This document shows, piece by piece, positions 53,049 through 63,453 of a DNA stretch of 64,000 nt. The position numbers and the translations under genes are program-made. This stretch comes from Naegleria gruberi (taxonomy: Eukaryota). Under the pieces are notes generated by a model, which was given only the letters and a program-made list of their open reading frames with translations, was not told the origin of the DNA and ran no database searches. How positions within the stretch are numbered: position 1 is the first letter of the stretch; each line of letters starts with the position of its first letter. Where the stretch lies: the NCBI GenBank assembly GCA_000004985.1, contig GG738852.1; one strand, 5' to 3'.

Positions 53049-56000
53049 TTAATTAAAGTAAATACAATTATCACACATTTTCTTTTCTGGTTGATTCTTT
53101 GAAATTTCCTCATCCATACATTTTGTACATCTTTTGAGAACTGATCCAACCCGATTGACCTTTCTATCTTCATACAATTCTTCTAGACACAACTTGCAGG
53201 CATACATTTTCATTTGAGAATTACCTTTCAAGAAAACTTCCCTCAACTCAGATCTTGGTTGTAAACAATAATCACAAACCATTACTTTGGATTTGCTTGT
53301 TTCATGAAGTTGTGAATTATCTTTTTGATTACATTGAATGCACATGTATTTGGAACAACTCTTACACCAAAATCTTGCAATTCCACCACAATCACCACAT
53401 AATAGATATTTAGGACCTTGATTTTCTTTTTTAGGTTGTGGTTTTGGAAGAGGTTTCTTTCTTACTATGTTTCTATTCGAATGAGTAGGAGTCTCCTCTT
53501 CAATGATGTCACTATTTGAAACTCTTTCAGTTTTCATTTGATTATTTCTTGAAGATGATTCAGAGGATGATTGTGGAAGGGATGGAAGTGGTTTGTTGCC
53601 AATAACATTTCTTCCATTCAATCGATTTCTTGAGGCTCCAATATTTTGTAATTTCACATCAACTTGATTATTGAACGATTCTTCTTTGAATCTTGCTAAG
53701 GTTGGACGAGAAGGTAATGTTTTTTTTTCTGGAATATTTCTAACGGCGTTTTCAACAATGGTAATTCGTGCTTCTCTTTTTGGAACATTGGATTCATTTC
53801 TCTTTTTGGACAATGGCTTGGATTCAGAATCGGATGAGTCATTGTTACTGGAATCATCTTCATAGCTATCATCTTCCTCACTTCCACTTTCATCGCTTGT
53901 TTCCTCATTATTCGAATCACTTTCGTCTGTTTCACTTCCACTCCTTTCGCTACTATTGTTCTCACTATCCAACAACTCATCTGCATCATCAAATCCCTTC
54001 TCCCTCAATGGTGGTGGTAGGAATTGTTTCAAATACTCCTCCATATCTTTCTTCTCCTTCAAATATTGTTTTACCTTCTCCTTTCTCTTTCGATTAATTC
54101 TCCTTGCCACACAAAACCTAATCACCACCAACAAGACAACATATCCAATAGCCACAACACCTGAAACAATTGGAAACCACAAATAATTCGGATAGGTCAA
54201 AAACCATTCCACAAACGGATTGAAAACCTGATACAAAACAGATGCCTTCTTCTTTTCTTCATTTTCTTTCAGATTTTCTTGTTTCTTTGCAAGATTTTCA
54301 TTAAAAACTTTTTGTTTTTCAATAAAAGACAATTGAGCTTCAGAATAGGTCCTTTCATAATAGTAGGAAATAATTGGACCAGGTAATCTTTGAAAATTTG
54401 GACCATAGGAGAAGGTTTTCACATGGAGTGGAGGTCCAAATATGTATAATTGCTTTTCATCGTATTCGAGACAGGTCATGTTGGATTCTTCTCTTCCATA
54501 ACAGAGAATGACAATACTTGTCTTGGTTTTGTAGGGTTGTAAAAGTCGAAGTTGGAAGGGAGAATCGAATTGGTGATCGGTTGGTTTGGGTTTGATGAGT
54601 GGTTGTAAATCTCTTTCTCTAATGTGAAATGTTATTTTTGAGAGAAGTCCAGCTCTGTGTCCATCACAATCGGTGGACATGGACAAATCATAGTCACCGG
54701 TAATATTGGCTTGATAGGTAAATTGTTTCAATTCTTCCAGATTCATTGCATAACTCCACACAACTTTGGTCTGATTGAAAACTAGCTTAATATTGTAAAC
54801 ATAATCCATTGGACTTGTTTCATTATTATGAAATTCATCGAATTGAAATTCTATAGGACTAAATGAAATCTTCATCTCCCCGACTGGATAATACATTTGT
54901 GAGAGGATGGTCGATTCCAATTCCTTATAACTTCCCATCGAATTGAAAAAGTGAAATTCAGCACTTGGTGGCGAGAGTGAAGATTTCGCCAAGACACACG
55001 TTTCGTATTTGGTACTGTAAATATAATCAGGGAGGCATTGACAATCCTTGATGGATTTTCTTGGAAGGAGACTTCCTGTAGTTGTTTCCATTGGACATGC
55101 TTGACATTTACTTGTGTCCTTATTGAAGAATCGACCGAATGGACATAGACACGTGGATGTCGATGGCTCCTGAATCATTTTAGAATCTGGACATGATAAA
55201 GTCAAGCATTTGCCGTTTCCATAGAGAACTGAAGTTTCGAATGAGCAAGTTTGGGGTGTGAAATAGTTTTGATTGAGTATTTGATTTCCAAGTAGGGAAT
55301 TGTAGAGTTTGAAATTGGAAATCATTCCTGGGAAGAACATGGTTGGAGTTGGGCTGAGAAAGTTGACTAAACCTCCAATAACTAAAGAGCTAGATGAAGA
55401 TTGACTAAGGGAAAAGTAACAAGTACCAATTACTGAATTATCTCTGAAAAGAGTTAGTATCTTGTTTAGTTCATCATATTGTAAAGTAAATAAATGCCAA
55501 TCTGTATCGTGGGCGAAACTTGTCGAAATGAGAAATGTTTCTGTTGAATTAATCTTTTTAACTTGCATATAAACTGACTTGTAGGGAGATGCTGCTGAGA
55601 ATGAATCTAAATTCATTTGGAAAATCCAATCAGAGAATGAAACTATTCCATAGCCAATTTTGTAATTCTTCAAAATAAAATCAAATTGATTGAAATCGGC
55701 AAGTTTCAGATGCATTGAAATTGTGAAAGAAGATTCGAATGAATGTTTCGTATAGACATTTGGAATGGATAAGAGTTTTTTCAGGGCCACCTGACATGAA
55801 TTTTCTGAGCCTTGATTTCCACTTGAAATTATTGTTAAATGTTCTTGTTGTAAACTTTCGTCTAAAATACCAAATGAATTTCCTTTCAAGGTACATGGAG
55901 CCAACACTTCACCTCCAGAATCTTTCGAATAATATCCAATAGGAATAGGTTGACATGAATTTCCAACTCTATACCTTTTGCCATCTTTACATTTGAAAGC

Positions 56001-57668
56001 ACAATTTTCAGAACTTTCTCCCGATTGAGTATAAATCACCTGATTAATTGGTCCATTATTACAGACATACAATAATCCATCACCTGGCGAATAATTTCCA
56101 GGACTACATAATTTACAATTTGGTCCATATCTTCCCTTCTCACAGTTATAAGTTGTGGTTGTCCTTGAAGTTCTCAATTTACTTGTTTTACCATTGATTG
56201 TGAAAGAGTTTGTTGATGGTTGGTTAATGAGGATTGAATTGATGGATCTTGAAGAGGATTCTGTTGTTATCAAGCTGTTAAAGATGTTCTTGTAATCTCC
56301 TTCAATATTCGAATCTCTTGTCCATGAAAGTGAGTTAATTGCTTGTATGACATCAAATGTTGAAGTTTGTAATTGAGAATCAGAGTGAAAGATTGAGCCG
56401 GGTTTGTTTTTCAATGTGGGATCATAGATTTGAACTTCAATTGCATCTGGAGTGAGTACAAGTGTTTTACTTGCGTTTTGTGAATTACTTGATAGGGAAT
56501 AGCCAAAAGAAATGGTCAATTGTGGATCAGGCATTGTGAAATAAGAAATTGTTTCTTGATAAAATTCATTCAAGAAATCAAATTCAGATTCTTGAATAAT
56601 TGCGTCACCCTGAATGAATAGAGTTGCTAATTGCTCTGTCACTTGTCCATTGAGTGTGAATTTGTTTTCAACAATTTCCATCAGTTGACTAACAATAGAG
56701 TTGTGTCTATCGATAAATTCAATGGATCCACAAAACGAAGCTACCAAATCAAATGTCTTTCCTCCAGCACCTTCACTAATCACATCATTTTTCAAAGTAT
56801 GAAAACATGACTTGGAATTATATGTGAAAGTTAATGTTGAATTGACCAGGTTATATCTTCCAGAATTGATAAATGTTTTCAACTTGGAGAATGCCAAACT
56901 CGTATCTTCATTCAAATTATAATAAATGTCAAATTGATTCACATATTGATTCAATGCATCTCTATATCTTTTTACAATTTCATTGAAAATTGTTTGTAAA
57001 CTTCTCAATTCCAATTTGAATGCAAGAACTTTATCAGCAAACATGTCAGCATCCATTCCAGCATCTCTTCCCCAAATTACAATAGTTTCTAAATGTTGAG
57101 ATAGGATGAATAATCTCTTTTCCTGAAGCAACATTTGTATCAAGTCTGATTTTAAAGTTGAGACAAGAGACAAGTGATAGAACATATTTCTTGTAGGGAG
57201 GAGAGTCAGCAAACTATTACTTGCGCAATTGGTAAAGAAAGTTCCCATTGGATATATACAAGAATCGGTATTCTGCAAATTGAGATAACATCTATAGGTG
57301 GATGACCAATGTCCAATTAAATTTCCATTGGCATCCCTTAGATAGCCAACTAAATGTTCGAGATTTGCCAATTTAATTCGATCATAGAATTGAGAGGGTG
57401 TTCCACAAACATAGGTTGCTCCAGATTGATAACTGGTCGATGAATAGGGAACAGTTGGGGTGATATTCTTCATAAGTTGTGGAATACTCAAATCAATAGA
57501 TCTGGCCTCAAGTTGTGAGAGGAGAAGATTTGTAATCTTGTTGATGATTTTATTTTCAACAGTGGAGAGGGAGTTACCATCGTCCTGGAATGAAAATGTA
57601 CAGAGAAGAAGTGTTACTAAGAGAAGGAGTGTGAGTGATGGTGTTGAAAGGTAAATTGTATTTTTCAT
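53049..57668 (-). CDS. Giant type I receptor-like membrane protein (~1540 aa). It has a signal peptide, a ConA/LamG-like region, Cys-rich ephrin-receptor/TNFR-like repeats, one TM helix, an acidic Ser-rich tail, and two C-terminal B-box-like zinc-finger clusters.
   Basis: ATG at 57668 in context aaaaaaaATGaaaaat. The signal sequence is TLLLLVTLLLCTFSF. Cys-rich repeats include CEKGRYGPNCKLCSPGNYSPGDGLLYVCN...CAFKCKDGKRYRVGNSCQPIPIGYYS. The TM segment is WFPIVSGVVAIGYVVLLVVIRFCVARRI. The tail ends CGDCGGIARFWCKSCSKYMCIQCNQKDNSQLH...CDYC, and CKLCLEELY...CTKCMDEE...CDNC. Confidence 0.5.
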   Translation of the reverse strand: MKNTIYLSTPSLTLLLLVTLLLCTFSFQDDGNSLSTVENKIINKITNLLLSQLEARSIDLSIPQLMKNITPTVPYSSTSYQSGATYVCGTPSQFYDRIKLANLEHLVGYLRDANGNLIGHWSSTYRCYLNLQNTDSCIYPMGTFFTNCASNSLLTLLPTRNMFYHLSLVSTLKSDLIQMLLQEKRLFILSQHLETIVIWGRDAGMDADMFADKVLAFKLELRSLQTIFNEIVKRYRDALNQYVNQFDIYYNLNEDTSLAFSKLKTFINSGRYNLVNSTLTFTYNSKSCFHTLKNDVISEGAGGKTFDLVASFCGSIEFIDRHNSIVSQLMEIVENKFTLNGQVTEQLATLFIQGDAIIQESEFDFLNEFYQETISYFTMPDPQLTISFGYSLSSNSQNASKTLVLTPDAIEVQIYDPTLKNKPGSIFHSDSQLQTSTFDVIQAINSLSWTRDSNIEGDYKNIFNSLITTESSSRSINSILINQPSTNSFTINGKTSKLRTSRTTTTYNCEKGRYGPNCKLCSPGNYSPGDGLLYVCNNGPINQVIYTQSGESSENCAFKCKDGKRYRVGNSCQPIPIGYYSKDSGGEVLAPCTLKGNSFGILDESLQQEHLTIISSGNQGSENSCQVALKKLLSIPNVYTKHSFESSFTISMHLKLADFNQFDFILKNYKIGYGIVSFSDWIFQMNLDSFSAASPYKSVYMQVKKINSTETFLISTSFAHDTDWHLFTLQYDELNKILTLFRDNSVIGTCYFSLSQSSSSSLVIGGLVNFLSPTPTMFFPGMISNFKLYNSLLGNQILNQNYFTPQTCSFETSVLYGNGKCLTLSCPDSKMIQEPSTSTCLCPFGRFFNKDTSKCQACPMETTTGSLLPRKSIKDCQCLPDYIYSTKYETCVLAKSSLSPPSAEFHFFNSMGSYKELESTILSQMYYPVGEMKISFSPIEFQFDEFHNNETSPMDYVYNIKLVFNQTKVVWSYAMNLEELKQFTYQANITGDYDLSMSTDCDGHRAGLLSKITFHIRERDLQPLIKPKPTDHQFDSPFQLRLLQPYKTKTSIVILCYGREESNMTCLEYDEKQLYIFGPPLHVKTFSYGPNFQRLPGPIISYYYERTYSEAQLSFIEKQKVFNENLAKKQENLKENEEKKKASVLYQVFNPFVEWFLTYPNYLWFPIVSGVVAIGYVVLLVVIRFCVARRINRKRKEKVKQYLKEKKDMEEYLKQFLPPPLREKGFDDADELLDSENNSSERSGSETDESDSNNEETSDESGSEEDDSYEDDSSNNDSSDSESKPLSKKRNESNVPKREARITIVENAVRNIPEKKTLPSRPTLARFKEESFNNQVDVKLQNIGASRNRLNGRNVIGNKPLPSLPQSSSESSSRNNQMKTERVSNSDIIEEETPTHSNRNIVRKKPLPKPQPKKENQGPKYLLCGDCGGIARFWCKSCSKYMCIQCNQKDNSQLHETSKSKVMVCDYCLQPRSELREVFLKGNSQMKMYACKLCLEELYEDRKVNRVGSVLKRCTKCMDEEISKNQPEKKMCDNCIYFN

Positions 57669-57810
57669 TTTTTTTAATCTAAGCAATTAAGGTAAATTCC
57701 TAATTTGGATGAAGAGTTTGCATATAATTTTTGTTGGATTCTTAATAATATGGAAATATTCTAACGATAAAATTAATAATAGTGGTCTTAGTTTATTTAT
57801 ATACAAAGAA

Positions 57811-60052
57811 TTATTGCTGCTCTTGTTGTCCTTTAAGTGCAACATCCAGAATGGCTTGAAGCTTGTCAACTTCACATTGTGCAACAGTTTTGAGAGATCC
57901 GTTTTCTGTTTTTTTGCCAGCAGTGTTTCCACTGTCTTTATCCTTATTTTCTGGAGGTCGTCTAAGATTTGGAGAAAGCTTTAATGTCTGTACGAGACCC
58001 TTGTCATCACCAACCAAAAGACAGAAGCTCATCTTGTGTAAAGCTTCAACAGCTTTTTGTTGAGCTTGTGGGTTCTTACTGTCAAAGAAGGAACTGTCAT
58101 ACAGATAATCAGCTGAAGTAATCGGATTGAATTGAACGTGGGTAAGTTTGGCCTTTTTCACAATCAACGAACAAGCATCTGTAAGAGAGTCTCTCTTGTT
58201 AATACTTAAATCATAAACTTGAACTCTACCGTCATCAGTGACAGCTGCAAAAATAGTGGAAGAGTATGGAGCCCAATCGACACCGCCAACACCACTGCCT
58301 AGATCGAATGTCATTAATGGTTGAGCATGATTCATATCCCAGAGTTTGACATTCCAGTCAGCACTAGCTGAAAGGAAAACGTTAGAGTGGAAATGATTCC
58401 ACTTGACACTATACACATTCATGTGGTGACCTTCATATGTTCTGAGATATTGAGAGTTGTAAGCTTTGGAGCATAAGTGAATTTTACCTTCCTCAGTACC
58501 AACAACAAACAAGTGTGGATGTTTTGGATTAAAGTCAAAGCAGGTACCACCAGAATAGGCTACCAAAAAGTCTTCCGTAATCTTTGAAGGATTCATTTGT
58601 GTGAAAGACGCATTTGTTGAGAAGGATTTTTCTCCATCAAAAGTTGCTGACAGAGCTTCAACTTTCAAATGCATAATGTCGGTATATTGCAATTCATTCT
58701 TTGAAAGAGTCCAATTAGTAACTCTACCGTCACTACTGACAGAGAATACTGAAAGAGATGATGAAAGACTTTCAGTTTCCCACTTGAGTTGCCACACAAC
58801 ACCATTGTGTTTACCATTTTTAACTGTTGAATAGATGAGTGGCTTTGTATCCTTTTGTCTAATATCGAAAATCATACAAGTACCATCATATAAACCAACA
58901 GCAAGAAGAGATGGATGTTTAGGATGGAAATCCAAACACATTGCGCCTGATTCAGTATGGAAAGAATATTCTGGAACACCTGGATTTTTCAATGTATAGA
59001 TACAGACCAAACCACCTGCTTGTTTCAAAAAGTTGTAACTACCATAACTGACTGCAAATAGATCAGAATATTTAGGATTCCAACAAACACCAGTGACAGA
59101 CATTTTCTTCTTTTCTGGATAAGGGAATCTCCAAAGTGGCAAGAGAGAACCTTCAGTTCTTCTCTTTTTATCTTCCACAACATCATCCGAAGGATCATCC
59201 CAGTATTTGTAATCGTGAAGAATTTCTTCCATAGAATTTTGATTTAGCATTCTTTCCATAAGTTTTAAGGTTGAGCTCATTTCCTTTGTGTGAATAATTT
59301 CTTGAGGTGTCTTGGCTCTAAGAGGCTTCTTTGATTTTCCTGATGATTTTCCGCTTTGTTTCTTTAATTCTTCAAAGTGCTGTTGATAGAAATCATGAAT
59401 TTCCCATTGTGTAGCTGTAATTTCGAAAAGTTCTGCTGCTGGAGGTTCTGTCATGATTTCCATTTCCTTCATTGGATAGTTGAATGTTTGTACTTCTCTG
59501 TCGGAATAGTTGAATTGATTTCTCAAAACATCCTTCTTTTGTAAAATATCTTCAGCCCCCATACCGTCAGTTTCCACATCGGCTTGTTCTTTGAGCTTCT
59601 TTTTTAATAATTCTCTTCTTAGTTCATTTTCTTCCTTTTGAAGTTTTGCTTCGGTACCATCTTTCAAAATAAGGAAACTATTTAAATTTCAATAACAACA
59701 ATTTTCTTAAAAACACATACCCATCATCGGCAAAGTGGAAAGCTGCTTGTTCCACCGTGTGATCGAATTTAAATGTTCTATCTTCGTGGTTAAATCTTAC
59801 AATATTTTCTGGAGCATTAGGATTTGTTCCTTCCAAAATTCTATCAACTTCCTGATTTAATTCCTCTTCACTAAGAGCTATTTGATCATCAATTTTATGG
59901 ACTTTCTTACTTAATTGTCCTCCAAAATGAGATGAAGGTGGTTCATCAAAACTTCCTTGAGCCTCAGGTCTTCTTCCAACATTTGCATTAGCAGCTTTAT
60001 CATTGCTTGGAATGGTCTTTTTAGCTGCTTGTGGGGCTGTTGCTTTTTTCAT
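57811..60052 (-). CDS. DNAI1: Axonemal outer-arm dynein intermediate chain 1 (DNAI1/IC78). Exons 60052..59721 and 59677..57811; 43-nt intron GTATGT...AAATAG.
   Basis: Extended collinear similarity to DNAI1. NQFNYSDREVQTFNYP...TEPP...TATQWEIHDFY matches NQFNFSERASQTYNNP..TEPPP..TANQWEIYDAY. LLPLWRF...CWNPKYSDLFAVSYGSYNF.KQ..G.....LKNP..PEY....SG.MCLD matches the WD region. KLTHVQFN...LKLSPNLR matches the C-terminus. The N-terminal exon (..EEELNQEVDRILEGTNPNAPENIVRF) matches the DNAI1 N-terminus. An A-rich start lies at 60052. Confidence 0.8.
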
Positions 60053-60785
60053 TTTTTTTGAATTGTATTTTAATGTAGATATTGCAGTCTGATTTTGGCG
60101 GGCTTTGTATTTCAACCTCCACTAACATTATTTATAATATCGTATCAGTTTTACTGAAAATACAAATTGCTATTATCGATTAACGAAAAAAGAGTAATTC
60201 AATCTCAAAGAACCATTTTTTGAAATATCTTACAATAAACAGTATCATGAACCAATTGGCTGTTTTTCATTATTGAACCCATGATTACAAACAGCTTCCT
60301 ATCCACAATTAGATATTTGAACAAAAGGAGTCTTGTGATGAAGAAAAATTAGCGAAAAAATTAACTTGAAGTTGATCTTTTGTTGCTCATCAACACAATC
60401 CTCCCTTACCCTGAAGGCGCTTCTTCATCAAGAGTCGAAATTCTCTCTCTATCATAATAGGAGGAACATCATAATTATCAATTTATTAAAAACCTAGTAC
60501 ATTCCCAATAGTATCACCGCCACCGATTTTTATCATCAACACAGACGAAAAATATACTTTGATTTTTTGAGCGTTGTCATCATCATATAATTGTATCATC
60601 ACACAAGAACCACCAATCTCTCTCCATTAATGAAAGAAAATTCCTATCAAGCCATCACCTTCTCCTTCTCTTCCTATTCAAACAACTTCTTTTTCAACAA
60701 TAACAATAATTTTCGATTTTTCAACAGATCCTCATCATCACAACAATATTAATCAACACATTTTCCGTACTCCTCCTTTGTCATT

Positions 60786-63398
60786 ATGAATTACTTTGGT
60801 AGTAGTAGAAATTCTGGAAATATTAAACTTAGTTCTAGCCAACAAAGTACTTCAAGCGTACTCAGCACTCAATCAAATCAAAGCGCAACAAGTAGCTTTT
60901 CAACAACTACATTTGCCAGTAGTATTAGTAGTTCAAGCACAGTAGGCTTACCAAACTATACTCAACCATCAAGAACATCACCAGAAGAAATGGAAGACAG
61001 AAATGAGATTCTCAATGCTGAGCCACATATTCTATGTTCCAATAGTATTAATATTAGTCCAAATCCACTTGAAAAGAAAGCTGGAGGTTCGGGACTTAAT
61101 GCACTCAGTGCCTCTCCAGATTCTAGATTAATTGCTGTTGGTGGTAGAAAATTGTTCAGAATTGTTAGAGCTTCTTTTCAGGAAGATGAGAAAAAGTTCA
61201 AACTTGATATTCCCATCACAATTTATTATTCTGGTAAGAAGAGTATGGATTTTGCTGTTGTAGATCTGAAATGGCATCCAACTTTACCTAATGTCATTGC
61301 GACTGCCCCTCCAAATGGTAAGGTAATTTTGTGGAATGTAAATAGTAGCTCAAAAAGTGGTAAAATCATTACCAGATTTAATGGTCACGAATGTACAGTC
61401 AACTCACTTTGTTGGCAACCACACCAAGAAAATCTTTTACTTAGTGCGAGTGTAGATCATACCTGTCGTTTGTGGGATAAGAGACAAGGTGGTGATTCAG
61501 TTCATACATTTAATTGTGGAAGTGTTGTAAGAAGTATCAAATTTAACACATTTTTCCCAAATGTATTTGCTGCAGCAACAGATGGAGGTGACTTCCAAGT
61601 TTGGGACATTCGTAAACCTAATCTGTATCAAAAGAAAATTCCTGCTCACAATGGTCTAATTTTATCACTAGATTGGCATCCAAAGAAGGGTGGGTTTATT
61701 GCAACAGGAGGTAGAGATCGTGTCATTAAGGTATGGGATTTGAATGACACAAAGAAACCAATCTCTACAGTTCAAACTATTGCTAGTATAGCCAAGATTG
61801 CCTGGAGACCTGGTAATTATAACTATCATTTGGCCAGTTGTGCTAAGAATGATGTTGGCTCAACTAGTAATATCAATTTGTGGGATATCAGTTCAAGATA
61901 TGTACCACTTTTGAGTTTTACTGGGCAACGTGCTGATGTCACAGATATTGCCTGGATGAATAATTATCCAAATTTAATGATGAGTTGCTCTAAGGATAAT
62001 ACTTTCATGATTCACAGTGTGTATGAAGCTGAATATGAAAAGGCTTCCCTTCCAACAAGTGCTCTCTCTTGGAATATTAATAATGAACTAGTGCACGCCA
62101 ATGACGAAATTGATAGACAACAACACGAACGATATCAAACCATCTTACAAACAGTTGCAACTAATCCACCATCAGTTATCAAGCAAATCAATAGAGAGAC
62201 TGAAATGTTTACTTTCAAAGAAGCACACATTGACAAATCAATCAATATCAGCAAGAATATTACTCAAGATAATGATTTATTTGCCGAATCAGATGTTTCC
62301 AATGTCAAGTACCTTGCTGAGAATTATGATCTCTTCAGTGATGACACCTACCAAGTTAAGTGTGACAGAAATGCCTTTGTTGCCTCTTCTATTAATAATT
62401 ACAAATTGGAAAAACTATGGAAATTGGTCAAGGATCTTCACACCCCTTCCACAACTAAGAATGAGGAACCAGAAATTTTGGAAGATAATATTGTTTCAGC
62501 CAGTGAAAACACTACCATCCATTCCAACATTTTTGAAGACTCTAATTCTCTCATTTTCCAATCTGAAGAAGGAGACGACACCTCTGAAGAAAAATACAGT
62601 CGCTCCAATTCATTCGACAATTACCCTTCTAACCATATGCTCTACTCACCTCTTAAAACTCCTAGCTCTTTCCACAATGATACCCTCAATTTATCAACTC
62701 CTCCTACAAACAACAGCATTCGAAAGAAGGCAAGAGATGCTATTTCTCAAGATTTCCCACAACCACCAAAACTAACTCTATTTACTACTGGCGAAGAAGA
62801 AAAACTCAAATCTAATATTCAATCATTTGATGATATGGAAAAACAACATGTATCCATTGCCAAAGAAGCCCACTCATCCAGTTTGTCCTTTGAAGATGAT
62901 GACGAACTGGAAAGTCTGTACGAGTCTTCTATTCAGGAAACAATTGAATATTATGCAGAGATGGGTGACATTCAAACTTGTGTATCACTTATTGAAGTAC
63001 TTGATAAGAAACAAAATATGAGTGGAGAAAGAGAGGCTCAATGGTATTTGAGTTATATTGAACTTTTGAATAGACACAAACTGTTTACATGTGCTAACGA
63101 GTTGATCAATGGGTGTACAAATTACGAGGTACACCACCTGAACAAGCAATCAACCTCTATTAGAACTAGCTGCGGAAAGTGTGACAGTCTTTTACAAAAT
63201 ACAGACACTACATGTAAGAAATGCTCAACCAGAACGAATATGTGTGTAATTTGTCACTTGCCAGTGGACGGTCTGTTTTACTGGTGTCAAAGATGTGGCA
63301 ATGGAGGACATCTCAATCATATGTGTGAATGGTTTGCCAAATACAAACACTGTCCAGTTTGTCTCAGTCACGTTAGCAAACTCCAAACTCTTACCTAA
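60786..63398 (+). CDS. WDR24: WDR24 (GATOR2/SEACAT complex WD-repeat protein with a C-terminal RING-like zinc finger).
   Basis: LNALSASPDSR..AVGGRKLFRI, TGGRDRVIKVWDL and VQTIASIAKIAWRP match WDR24 (LNALSANRDGT.., TGGRDKMVKVWDM, VQTIASVARVKWRP). The C-terminal CVICHLPVDGLFYWCQRCGNGGHLNHMCEWFAKYKHCPVC is the family RING-type module. Confidence 0.8.
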   Translation: MNYFGSSRNSGNIKLSSSQQSTSSVLSTQSNQSATSSFSTTTFASSISSSSTVGLPNYTQPSRTSPEEMEDRNEILNAEPHILCSNSINISPNPLEKKAGGSGLNALSASPDSRLIAVGGRKLFRIVRASFQEDEKKFKLDIPITIYYSGKKSMDFAVVDLKWHPTLPNVIATAPPNGKVILWNVNSSSKSGKIITRFNGHECTVNSLCWQPHQENLLLSASVDHTCRLWDKRQGGDSVHTFNCGSVVRSIKFNTFFPNVFAAATDGGDFQVWDIRKPNLYQKKIPAHNGLILSLDWHPKKGGFIATGGRDRVIKVWDLNDTKKPISTVQTIASIAKIAWRPGNYNYHLASCAKNDVGSTSNINLWDISSRYVPLLSFTGQRADVTDIAWMNNYPNLMMSCSKDNTFMIHSVYEAEYEKASLPTSALSWNINNELVHANDEIDRQQHERYQTILQTVATNPPSVIKQINRETEMFTFKEAHIDKSINISKNITQDNDLFAESDVSNVKYLAENYDLFSDDTYQVKCDRNAFVASSINNYKLEKLWKLVKDLHTPSTTKNEEPEILEDNIVSASENTTIHSNIFEDSNSLIFQSEEGDDTSEEKYSRSNSFDNYPSNHMLYSPLKTPSSFHNDTLNLSTPPTNNSIRKKARDAISQDFPQPPKLTLFTTGEEEKLKSNIQSFDDMEKQHVSIAKEAHSSSLSFEDDDELESLYESSIQETIEYYAEMGDIQTCVSLIEVLDKKQNMSGEREAQWYLSYIELLNRHKLFTCANELINGCTNYEVHHLNKQSTSIRTSCGKCDSLLQNTDTTCKKCSTRTNMCVICHLPVDGLFYWCQRCGNGGHLNHMCEWFAKYKHCPVCLSHVSKLQTLT

Positions 63399-63453
63399 AT
63401 TATTAAACTTTACCTTTTATTATCTTTTATTATTTCACAAATCTTACCCAAGT

